In this document: in pieces, positions 1 to 10,900 of the stretch
Numbering within the stretch: the stretch's first letter is position 1
Layout of the letters: each line of letters starts with the position of its first letter
NCBI GenBank assembly: GCA_047495785.1
Contig: JBLDXI010000024.1
Span: forward strand, 3,286,001-3,350,000
DNA: 64,000 nt
Reading direction: 5' to 3'
Source: Lepidodermella squamata
Lineage: Eukaryota; Animalia; Gastrotricha
Position numbers and translations under genes: made by a program
The notes under the pieces: generated by a model
The model's input: the letters and a program-made list of their open reading frames with translations, nothing else
What the model was told of the DNA's origin: nothing
The model's database searches: none

Positions 1-85
1 CCGAACTGTGGCATACCGGGAAACTCGCGATCTTTTCGCTTTCATCTCATCGTCTCGACATCCGACGCTTCGGCTTCATCGCAGT

Positions 86-217
86 GGGGGAGAGTGTGGC
101 GGTGACAGGTTGTAGCCCCGCCACGCTCTGTTAAACACGCGATTCGCGGTCGCGTGCGCTGCCCCTCTCTCCTCTCTCTTATTATCTAGTTGAATTTCTC
201 TCATTGTTTCTATAACA
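86..217 (+). mobile_element. 3' end of an LTR retrotransposon: polypurine tract plus short (~123 bp) LTR
   Basis: GGGGGAGAG (86-94) abuts TGTGGCG...TATAACA (95-217), giving TG..CA ends. The start (TGTGGCG) and the CT-rich core resemble the putative LTR at 7924-8173. Confidence 0.5.
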
Positions 218-249
218 CTTTCATGAATTTTTACTTACCTACCTACGTA

Positions 250-1109
250 CCTGGAACGCCCGTTCCGATCCTAGCCTCTTTGTTGCCTATCAAGTGATCG
301 GTATGTTCCTAAATCTTATTTCCGTAGCCTCGGGCATACAATATTTTGTTATCAGGACGCGCTTACCTTTTATTCACCTGCATCTGCCCATTTTTTATTG
401 CCTTGCCTTGTCATCGTCAGAACCCGGTATGCCAATCCGCTTAATCCCGCTGAACTGTCCTCTAAACATTTCCTTTGTACAGGGCCTTGCTTTGAGATAA
501 TAAAAGGGCGAACTATCGACTTGAGTTCTCATTGTCAAACAATTCGTCCCCGCTACAATCCTGCTTTCATCTGGCTTGGCGATGGAGAATCAGGGAATTG
601 GAGGTTGGAAGGGCGAAATTCTTTTCTCATTTCACTCATTTCACGTTAAAAGGCAAACAAACAAGTACGGTGGTTTATGGAGTCACCCTACGTCGGAATC
701 TACCTATTACTTGACCAATCTCGCCTTGCCATGTGCAGTTCTGATGGCTGTAGAATTTGGGTCATTCCTAATGCCACCAGCTATGCCAGATCGAGCAGCG
801 TTCTCGATGACTGTTATGCTAGCGATTTCTGTCGCACAATCAGGAGTTGCGAGTAATGTTCCGAAAACTGCGCAGAAAATCTTCCTGGCGGATTACATAT
901 CTGGTCTAACGTGGCTATGTGGCGTTTGCACTCTGTATCAACTGGCTACTTGTTGCTATGAAAATGCAGCCAAGAAGATGGATCAAGATAAAATGCCTAG
1001 AGCTCTGCGAAAACTTGGTTTTGTGAGACTTCTTGATATTTGCTGTAGTTTAGGTATTGTTGCTTTTTCCGCAATTAATATTTACATGGCAGCAATTTAC
1101 ATCGCGTAA
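250..1109 (+). pseudogene. Cys-loop ligand-gated ion channel (nAChR-like) subunit, frameshifted
   Basis: The TM region is intact in ORF 576-1109 (YYLTNLALPC, FLMPP..DRAAFSMTVMLAISV, VPKTA, M4). Extracellular motifs are scattered over other frames: LNCPLNIS (Cys-loop start), ESGNWRLEG, VVYGVTLRR. A one-base frameshift lies near 695. Confidence 0.75.
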
Positions 1110-1604
1110 TTAGGTATGAGACGCCAACGTAATGAGTGAATGTTTTGTTCATATGATGAAGTATTTTTCTTAAATAAAGTCGTATATACTTTATTTTATT
1201 TCAATCTTTTTTACAGTGCGTGTTATTTTTTAGTTATTGGCTGGACGCTACCCCTATCGGGTTAGCAACCAGAGACGGGGGAACGTACGGTTGTTCCTAG
1301 GGATGTGGGTTGCGAGTAGGCGAATGAGTCCCACTAAATAATTGCGCTATATCTAAAGTTGCCGGCTATAATATGTAGAAGGGAGCACTTTAGGCTAATA
1401 CTTTAGCTATACAATATTTCATGAATTCTGGCACACACGTGCGACAACCTAACGCTACCTCATCACGGCCGGAACTACCGCGGCCTAATGAGCGACCGAG
1501 TTATAGCGACTAGAGCTATAAGTCTAGCGAAGTCCCGAGGATTTTCCACACGGAAACTCTTTCTGCACCATAGGTATATTTAGTAGATAGAGATGGCGAG
1601 ACTA

Positions 1605-3228
1605 CGGCCGTGCGAGATCTATACTGTAAAAAATAGGGGGGTGATTACCCCGAATTTACTCCATTCAATTGTATGGCGCTTGGGGGGTAAAATGCACACG
1701 GGGTGCATTGAAATTACTCCTCTGAGTTTTTTTCGTAAGGATTATTTACCACAGAGAGGGTAATTATCTTCCAGCATGTCTTTCATTGCTGAGGGGTAAT
1801 TACCCTGAAATTATTCTTAATTATTTCAATTAAATTTTTTGGAATTTATTTTTGAATAATTATTCAAATATATTATTTTAACTTATTCAATTAAATAATT
1901 AATTATTCGAATTAATAAGGAGGGTCCCAAGGTATCCGGATGGCACCAAAGGCCGCCGGGTTACCTTTGATAACACCGGAAAACGTAACACCCTTAACAC
2001 ACCTATAACACGGAAACCTGCAACTTGACTTACGCGCGATATTTACTTTTTCAATTGTCTTCTTTTCATTTCACATTGCAAATGAATGAAAAGAGCTAGT
2101 TTTTAGCAAGGAGGCCTTTCTATGCAGCAGCGCTTACGAGCGAATCGACTGATTTGCATATGCACTAGGCTGAGTTCAGCCATTTTTTAGAATTCGGCTG
2201 ATTTGAGTTATGAGATTGAATGCAAGTCATTTCGCAAAGCAAATCGATAAAGTTGATACTCCAAAGTTGCACCACCGAATAGCGCTAGCTCAATTGGGAA
2301 GCCACTGCTGATTGAGTGGAGGTGATATTTTAAAGGTGAAAACTGACTTGACTATTGACTAGGTGGAGCTTCTTAATTGCTTTGATTAATTGCTTAGGAA
2401 TTGCAGTTAAATTGAGTTGAACCAGTCATTTCATTTAGATTTATTTGATTAAGATTTAGCGAGGACCCTATTACTAATTGAGAGCTATAATCTAGAATCC
2501 AATTGAAGAACGATTTTAAAGAGTTGACGATGCTAGCCACGTTGCCGGCACTAAAATTAGCTGAAATTTTGCGTCATCCCATAGATCTTGACAATTAGCT
2601 GCGATTATTGGTTATTTTTGTTTATGTTTAAAATCCAACCCTGAAATAACTCGGCTACGGTATACCGTATCTACCGTATTATCAGGGAGGGACTTCTAAT
2701 TAATTAAGGGACCTTTTTTGCCTGGCTCAGGTGGCTGCAAAATCGATATCAAAATCTCTGAAAGGATCTTACTGCGCATCATATCAGCGCTGCATATACG
2801 AAGGTATACGGTAAAATTCAGACTCAGGATGTCATTGTGTTTTGACCAACCTCGACCATGAGACATTTACCAGAGTTTATCCTCAACTTTTTTTACTTAT
2901 GCTAACATGTTTTAGAGGTTTATAACACTAATATAATTATAAATCAAATAAATAATTTATTTATTGAAATAGAATTAACAAATTTGCGCGAGGGTGATTG
3001 CCCTTAGATTGCCACCCAAGAAATGAATTGCCACAGTTAATTACCACCCAAGGGTATTTACCCCACTTTTACCTCGGAGCGAATTACCACAAAGAGATAG
3101 GCGGGAGCACTTACTCCTAAAAAAATTGAAAAAGGGTAAATACCCAGGGTAATCAGCACCCTATTTTTTACAGTGATACGAGACGGAGCGAGCGAAGCGA
3201 GCGGAGTCGAGTAGATGTCGCACGGCCG
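1605..3228. repeat. Palindromic GCGAAGC-hairpin element (Crypton-like) split by a TIR insertion
   Basis: CGGCCGTGCGAGATCTA (1605-1621) and TAGATGTCGCACGGCCG (3212-3228) are inverted, with GAGCGAGCGAAGCGAGCG between them once 1622-3175 is removed. Confidence 0.45.
1622..3175. mobile_element. Non-autonomous CACTG/CACTA (EnSpm/CMC)-type TIR element
   Basis: TIRs (T/C)ACTGTAAAAAATAGGG..TGATTACCC / GGGTAATCAGCACCCTATTTTTTACAGTG. Many GGGTAATT/AATTACC subterminal repeats at both ends, a possible 2-bp AT target-site duplication, and no long ORF. Confidence 0.75.
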
Positions 3229-3662
3229 AGGTACGTTACAGCTGATAAGGGCAAATCAAATGACTCATCGCAATTACTTACCTATATAAGTTTCAAAACT
3301 CAACTGCAACACCTGTATAATAAAATGTAATATTGCATGGATGCAATATGCAATAACAGGCATTACAAGGAGATATTGCGATATTGCACGTTTTCAAGTT
3401 GAAAGTTATTTTTTATTTCATCCTGAACATGAACGTAACGAAGTGAATAACCGCCGTTTCACTTTTCATTGTCCTTTCCTTTCCTTGCTACTATATACTT
3501 AATTACATTTATTAAAGATGCATGCCCATGACCACAATCAGGAACCGGTCCATATTTCGCGAAACAATGCTATCTCCAGCTAGTAAATGCCGATATGGGC
3601 ACTCAGGGTTATTCTAAGAGAATTCCAAGTCCCCGCTCACCTGACTGCTACGTTGCATTGTA

Positions 3663-4298
3663 AATCGACAAGTCCCGAGGACTTGAGAAAAATCTCTATC
3701 TCTATAAAATTAGATATCGCAGTCGGTCCAACTGCGAGTGAGTGCGATGACTCTGAGACTCTAAGCTTTAAGAGCTTTATGTGTGAGTACGATGACCCAC
3801 GAGTGAGCACGATGACTCAATAAATCTACAGCTATTTGAGTAACTGAAATTCAGAAACTAAGTTTTCTGCGGTTTTCGGTCCCTTATATAGACCGTCCAA
3901 GCTCCGCCCACTGGGTGAGGGCCGACTTTTATTGGCTAAGCAAATAAAATTATTGCTATAGGTGCAATAAAACTGCGCATTATTATAGTGCGCGAGGTCA
4001 TGACCGTGAACGGTCAGAGCGTAGCGGTGGCCATCGCGCGGGGGTGGAGCTTACACGACCGAGAGGCCTATATAACGGCACCAAAGCCTCAGAAAACTTA
4101 GTTTCTGAATTTCAGTTACTCATCAATAGCTGTAGATTTATTGAGTCATCGTGCTCACTCGTGGGTCATCGTACTCACACATAAAGCTCTTAAAGCTTAG
4201 AGTCTGAGAGTCATCGCACTCACTCGCAGTTGGACCGACTGCGATATCTAATTTTATAGAGATAGAGATTATTCTCAAGTCCTCGGGACTTGTCGATT
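3663..4298. repeat. Long inverted repeat (~205-230 bp arms, ~170-220 bp spacer)
   Basis: 3663-3869 is the near-perfect reverse complement of 4090-4298, extending imperfectly to 3894/4065. Confidence 0.95.
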
Positions 4299-4912
4299 AT
4301 CCCACGCACTCCCAGTATAGCGCATGGGCTAATAACTCTATTTAACTTATCTATATAACTCTATATAACTTCCGCGGAAGCCCCGGACTGCCAGAATATA
4401 GAGTCCTCGGAAACTTAGAACATACGAGTCGTAGAAAAACAGAAGTGAGTTGCCGCCGGTTGCACCTAGGCCCAGTCACATATGCAAATAAGATTGACAA
4501 TTTTACATCAAAAGTCTATAGACTCGTGGCTACGGAGTAGTTTTCATCACCAAGTTGATGTTATATCATTCGCCAATTTTAAATTAGTGAGGATCGAAAA
4601 CATTATAATTATGAATATGTCATAGGATTTTCAATTTTCATATATTAGCTATGGCATTTTCAGAAGGCAAATTTAACTATCGCTAGGTAATAAAAGTGCG
4701 CGCAATAAAATTGCGCGAGTTAACGATGGAGCGCGACGTTGGCCACCGTGCGCAAAACGGGTGCGGACACCAGGACAAACAAAAATTAAAACACTAACGG
4801 TGGAACGCTTTACGTTCCCCCGTCATTACTACAAAAATTACTAAATTTCATGTTGGAATTCCAGTTGGCTTTAGTTATCTGATGAAGCCCGTTTCCATTA
4901 TATTCTCATCAA

Positions 4913-5652
4913 TCAGCTTCTTTGGCTGCAAAAATCGAGGGCCATGTTGTTGATGGGGAACGTAGACATAGTGTTTTTACCCGTGGTCGCCTTTGAAATG
5001 AACAGACCGGCACAGCAACTAATGTAACTTGAGTAAGCAACGGCACTAACAGCCAGTTGGCCTGACTGTAAAATTTCAAGATGAAATAAAGTCAATAATG
5101 TGGAAAAAATATTACGCCAGGTGATGTCAGTAGGGAGTCGAAGGTTCCGTAACAGGTGTATGGAAATCGGATGCAAAGGCCAAGAGTTGGTGGGTTATTC
5201 TTGCAGATTTTATATGGAGTCGCATCGTTTCCAGCAAAACAAGCGGCCTGTGATGGAGGCACTGGGGAAAGCGGCGCGGCGAACACCACTGTCTCATAGA
5301 CGACGTTATTGGTTGGCGTTAGAGAGCCGCAGCAGGCCGAAAACGTATCGAAAGTTTGACCCGTAACAGGCTGGCAAAACGTTTATAAATTTCAGGAAAA
5401 ATGAAAACAAAGCTGTTACTGTTCCGCCTTTGATCAAGGAGCAAGCAGATCCAGCAGTGCTCAGGCAGTACTTAAGAGCAACTGAAACCGGGGCTGGTGT
5501 TGTCATTTGGCACTGGCTATATTGACCCTGTAAGTGCAATATTATGATCAAATTGACATAAATTCTAAACTCAGATAACTCACAGAAGTGGCACAGATTT
5601 CAGAGCAGATTTCGTCAAATGCTACGAGCAACACTAGAAGCGTGGCTACCAT
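4913..5652 (-). CDS. Secreted Cys-rich protein A1 (4 exons; exon 1 shortened in frame)
   Basis: Exon 1 5652-5584 (MVATLLVLLVAFDEICSEICATS), then GQYSQC..KYCLSTAGSAC, PVTGQTFDTFSACC..CIRFPYTC, SGQLAV..YISCC..DFCSQRS*. GT-AG introns of ~50 nt. Paralog at 13940-14781. Confidence 0.8.
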
Positions 5653-6012
5653 TTTATTTCAGAAAAATCAAGGAAGTAAAGATGATGGCTTGAGGCAAAG
5701 CTTGAAGCAGGCTTTCTTATAGCTGGGTTATGGCTGGGTTTACGTGCACCCGACCTAGAATAAGCCGTATCACCTCGAAAGCAGCGCTGTCATGTGATAT
5801 TTTGGAGGGAATTCAAACAGGCAATCTAGCGAAACCTTTTCGAGTGTGGGCTCGACTCAGTTGTTCTATTCAGTTTTAATATATACAGTTTTTACATACA
5901 GGCTTCGTAAAAGGAATTCAATACGGTAAAACGGCGTCATCGGCCCCTGGGTTTAGGCTGCATGTAAAGTGGTTGAAAACAACGCATTTGCTGAATTTTG
6001 CTAATCTAAGTA
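5653..6012. promoter_or_regulatory. Shared bidirectional promoter of the A1/B1 pair
   Basis: ~360 bp between the two ATGs, with TATA-like CTATAAGAAA on the minus strand at ~5713-5722. Motif blocks are conserved in the second copy (14782-15115). Confidence 0.55.
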
Positions 6013-6862
6013 ATGTTGTTTCTCGGAATTGTTCTTTTGTCGCTGGCTTCGGCCTGCTGTGCTTGTCCGGCTTCGAGCACGGCCACCTCAAGCTCATCAG
6101 CCTCAACGCCGTGTCCAAGTACTCCTGCTTGCCCAACAAACCAAGCTTGCCATGCAGTCACTTGCCCCAGCTCGGGGACTTACTGCCAGGTTCAGCATAT
6201 CATCAATTGAAAATTGAAAACTTTCATATCCTTGCATTTTAGGGCAAATTCACGATATGCTCTGTCTCTACTCAGATCATCGGAGAAACGGCAACCTACT
6301 GTTTGGCTACGCCTGGATTGGCGTGCAGCACGCTGACTGGAGGAGCTGTTAGTTAATATACATTGAAATTCGGAAGTTTTAGAAGTTTCATTGCAGCCTG
6401 CAACGCCGGCTGCGAGCTACGACACTTTTGCCGATTGCTGCAGTGCAGTCGGAACGGCCATCGCCAGCACGCCCAGCGCCGTGGTTCAGTATATTCAGAT
6501 GAGTTTTGGCAGCCCAGCTTCTCCCGCAGCGGCCTGCATTGGAACAGCCGATGCGTCACCGTTTAAAGTTTGCGTATCCACGGCTGGCGCTTCGGCCGGT
6601 GCTCGTTGCATTCGCTTCCCGAAAACGTGCGCAACTGACACCACCTTGATGGCTGCGCCCATTGTATAACCCTACATTTTTTCAAGTGGTATTGATATGT
6701 TGTGAATTTCCTTTTACTCAGAATCCTGGGTCAATCAGCAGTATGAATTTCGCCTCTTTCAGACAATGCTGTTCAGCTCTTACAGCTGGCACGACAAATG
6801 GCTTGCAGCACTCGTCGCCGACGTTTTACGGCTCCCCAGTTGAACAGTGCATAGTGGTCTGA
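6013..6862 (+). CDS. Secreted Cys-rich protein B1 (4 exons), paralog of A
   Basis: Signal peptide MLFLGIVLLSLASACC and a Ser/Thr stalk. Exons ~6013-6189, 6243-6347, 6397-6663 and 6722-6862 join in frame via GT-AG introns. Confidence 0.85.
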
Positions 6863-7923
6863 GGAGTAGAGAAGCAACCTACATCATCCCGGTTCCTATG
6901 CTGGAAATTTCCTATCATTGACCTTTTAAGCTACGTTAATAGACTAATATTTGTGAAATAAAATGAAACATTGAAATTCTTCTCTGGTCAATTCAAAAAA
7001 TAACTGAGGCCTTTTCAGAAAATACAAAGGACTTTCGTGCCTGTGGCGCGTTAGCGTAGTTTGTTGCCGCGTCACCTCAGCTCGTGGATGGCAGGAAGAA
7101 AGAGGCTAAAAAACCCACTATGTGGACGCTTTATGGAAGGCATCTCAGCTTCAGAATCCCCCATTGCACCTTGATTTTTCGCCAAACCTCAGGTTTTTTT
7201 CGTTCGGTTTTCCGTTTTCACGTGTCAAACGCACCTGAATTCGACTGGATGCATTGAGTAGGTTGAAAAAATGTGATTATCTCTCATGAACTGTCAATTA
7301 AGCCTAATTAAGTATCAACCGGGTGAGCACGACAGAGATTCAAAAAATGCTGGTCGAGTCGTGCGTATAAAATACACAACGAAGAGGTAGGAACAAGAGG
7401 AAGATGTTATTGTCATCGTGTGGACGATTGCAAACAAAAGGTTGCGCTCAAATGATAAAAAACGGTAAAATTTTAATTACTCAAACCATTGTTGCTCAAC
7501 AGGTCAAGAAAATGGATAACCTACGCGATCGTGCCTGGAGCGCGCCCGTGCGGAGGAATAGAAAATATTCCCCCAATTTTAAGTCTGCACGCTTTTCAAA
7601 GAACAAGAAAAAGCCAGTGCTTTACTTACTTAACTTACTGGCAGTACTTGAACAAAAGCCTACAGGAGCACATCAAAAAGAAGTAATTGACATCAACTAA
7701 CATGCGGGAAGAATTGTTGCCTAAGTCGTTAGCGGTAAGATTGGGGGCAATTTAAACAAGCCTAGAGGTTTCTTCAGCCGCGCTCCCAACGATATTTCGC
7801 CAGTAAAGTGAGCAGCGATCAACTGAAAAAGGTTGCCTATTTTGAAATTGAAAAATCTCAAAGAGAAATTACAGAATAATCAAACTGATGGATAGAAAAA
7901 TTCCGGGAGCGATAGGATGCTCA

Positions 7924-10900
7924 TGTGGCGATTGAAAATTCTGAGAAGTTGATACTATTTGGCGTTGTGCACAAGAACGCGTACAAATATCTCTGGTCAC
8001 ATTACCGCGCGAAATTTAAAACTCGTCAACTCCTCGACGTTCGAAACTGATATAAGTAATGCCGCGATGAACCGATTGGCAGCAACCTTTCAAAATCACC
8101 GGGCAACGGCGGTACATACTCGTACTCTCTCTCATACTCTTTATTTATGCAAGTTGCCTTTCGACATTTAGCATTTGGTATCAGACATCATCTCAAGGCT
8201 TATGAGTCAACTATTCCCATGGTTGATGGTCGAAACATGGTCTCCATTCTTTGCGTGCTGAGTAGCTAACATAGCTAACGGCTCAAACGCGCAACAACAA
8301 GGAATGCAAGCTTGGCCAGCGACAACATTACTCGAATGAGGAGCGTCTGACGTGAAACGCATACCCAGAATAGTGTTGATGAGTGTTTGGTTGAGGCGGC
8401 GAGGTTATAAAATGATGCCGAGGCAAGAGAGTAACTTTGCGTAAGCACAGACCCTCTGACGTTGGCGACGTGGAACTGTTGCCGCCAAATGCAAGCTTAA
8501 GCAGTGATCAGATTGATTCCGTTATGAGACTTCTACTTTGGCTCCGAAACGGTAGCTCCCGTAATTAACGAGGTCAACGTCAAATCAGCCTCAAAAACCC
8601 TCTGTCGAAGAGGTCGTATCGCAGCTTGCTTCTCAAGTCGCTGAGTTATCTAAAACTCAAAACGAAATTCTGCGTAATTTGGCAGTATATCGAGGCGGTT
8701 CACAACGCGGCAACAGATTCTCTAACTACAGCCAAAATCGTCAAAATTCAAACCAAAATTACGGCTAAAATTACGGTCAAAATCACAGACAAAGTTGTTC
8801 AAACCAACAGCCAGCGTCTCAAAATTCTTCCCAACAGCCCCCACCCCTACTCCAACCAGCACACCAGTCGTATTCAGCCCAACCCTTCCCTGGCTCTTGC
8901 TTCAGATGTCACCAGTATGGGAACTCTGCCCGCGAATGCTCAATCCCAAATTCTCAGCCCAATCATTTAAACGACCAGAGAGCGAGTGCCAACCGACCGG
9001 TTGCTCGCCAGTAGCTCTTCTAGAACTGGTCGGGGAGGAAAACTTGGTGTCAACACTGGCTTGCTCCGTCGCAAACCCTCCCATTTTCACCAGTTTGAAA
9101 ATTCGCGACACTCAAGTGAAAATGTTAATCGACTGCGCGTCTCCACGCAATTTGATGAAAATCTCTGTAGCCCGATCCCTTGGCTTCCCTATTGACAACG
9201 CTATGTAAACCGTTCAGCATCACCCAAACCATCAACGGAGATTCGCTCCAGCTATTCGGACCCCAGAAAATCGAGTTTAAATTCGCCGAAAAGAAATTTT
9301 ATTTCTCCGAGGAACTGTGTGCACCAGTGATTTTTGGGTTGCAAGCGATGACTGAGCTTGGCGCCGTAGTCGATTTTTTATACGACGACCTCGTTCTCAA
9401 CCAAATCACCCCACTTTTCAAGAAAGAGGTGCGCCAGTTATTAGTTACCGCCGAAATTTGCGGTTAACTTCAACATCTCGTTTTCGATTGTGCCTCAACC
9501 CACAAAATCGTATAACCAAAGCCGTCCACTACGCCATCCCCGCTGTCGACGAACTCTCCGAGTGCTTAAGCGGTTGCCGTTTCATGTCAAAATTCGATCT
9601 GATCTCCGGATTCTACCTTCTATACCAAGTAAAAATGGACGAAGACTGCCTTCTGGGGCATCGAAGCCGACCCGGACAAGCTGCGAGCAATCGCCGAGCA
9701 CCCGCCGCCTACAACCAGGAAACAGCTAACCTCCTTCCTCGCCTTCGCCAACTGTCTGAGAAAATGTACGCCAAAGTTTGCCGAAACTGCCTCTCCTCTT
9801 TACCGGCTAACCAGTGAAAGTGTTCCCCTCATCTGGACCGACCAGTGCCCAGCCGCCTTCGACAACATCAAAGCGGTTTTCCAAGAACCACCTGTACTCG
9901 GCCTGTCAAATCCAGCTCTGCCCTACCCCATTCACTGCGACGCCAGCGGAGCCACTCTCGGCGCCGTCCTTACTCGAATCCAAGACGGCATCGAACGAAT
10001 TATCGCCGCCGGAAGTAAAATCCGCAACCGAACTGGAAGCGATGGCCGTTCACTGGGCGGCGACGAAGCAGTTCAAGTCTTACGTCTATGGCTCAACATT
10101 CACCGTCATCACCGACCACAAGGCCATGCTGCGGATGAAATCGCTGAAAAATCCAAGCAAGCGCCTTTGGCGATGGATCGATGAACTGAATAAATACGAT
10201 TTCGACATCGTTCACTGCCCCGGTCTTCAACAAATCGCTGATACCTTTTCTCGCCGAGGAGCTGCCGACGACACTCAGCAAGGCGAACCCGGTTTGATAG
10301 CCACCATTTCGATCCCGGAGGAAATCTCGTGGAGCCCGGACTTCATCAATACCGAACAGCTTGCCGACCCCGACTGCCCAGTTATTCAATGGCTCAAAAG
10401 CAACTAGCCGCTTCACCTTCCTGGAAAACGGCCCTGCTCAGCCGCCTGGCAGCCAACATCAGCCGCGATGAGCGATGCGTGATCTACATCAGGGTAACAT
10501 GCCGCGAAAGTGTTCAATTTTGCCTCAAAAACTGCGCGCGCAACTCTTTCATTTCACGCATTCCCTCAAGATAGCAGGCCATTTAGGCGGCAATACGATA
10601 ACACTTGGGATCAGGTCCGAATACTGGTGGCCTGGTTTAGTCGCCGACATCAGAGATCACTGCAACAGCTGCGATGCGTGCCTTCGCCGCAATCCGCTGA
10701 ATCGCCGAGCCGATGGACCGCCGGTGTGCAACTTCGAGCCAGCCCACGCGCCTTTCGAACGAGTCCTCATGGACATCGCAGGCGATATCCGCCCTGCTTC
10801 CGCCCACGGTCACAGGTACATCCTTTCAATCACCGATGCCTTCTCGAAGCACGTCGCCGCCTATCCGCTCAGACGCATCCGTGCCAGCGACGTAGCCGAC

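Larger units (their letters stand above)
1267..4828. mobile_element. Non-autonomous Helentron/HINE-like element with nested insertions
   Basis: Subterminal inverted repeats GACGGGGGAACGTA (1274-1287) / TACGTTCCCCCGTC (4811-4824), a terminal hairpin at ~4797-4823 and a GGACAAAC-type motif. The paralogous site at ~13800-13850 lacks the insertion. Confidence 0.6.

Noticed and set aside
1207-1218. Isolated TTTTTTACAGTG matching the CACTG TIR end
   Set aside because: No partner TIR seen; too short to call.
3587-3823. 78-aa ORF across the left palindrome arm
   Set aside because: No domain similarity; lies in a non-coding repeat.
4140-4230. Three spaced GTCATCGYRCTCAC repeats as a CRISPR-like array
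   Set aside because: Too few, irregularly spaced, eukaryotic context, no cas genes.
4090-4298. Palindrome arm as a spliced-leader RNA or snRNA
   Set aside because: No convincing splice donor or canonical Sm site.
4879-4906. CTGATGA as a hammerhead ribozyme core
   Set aside because: No downstream GAAA with compatible stems, and the motif is not conserved in the duplicate (CTGATGG).
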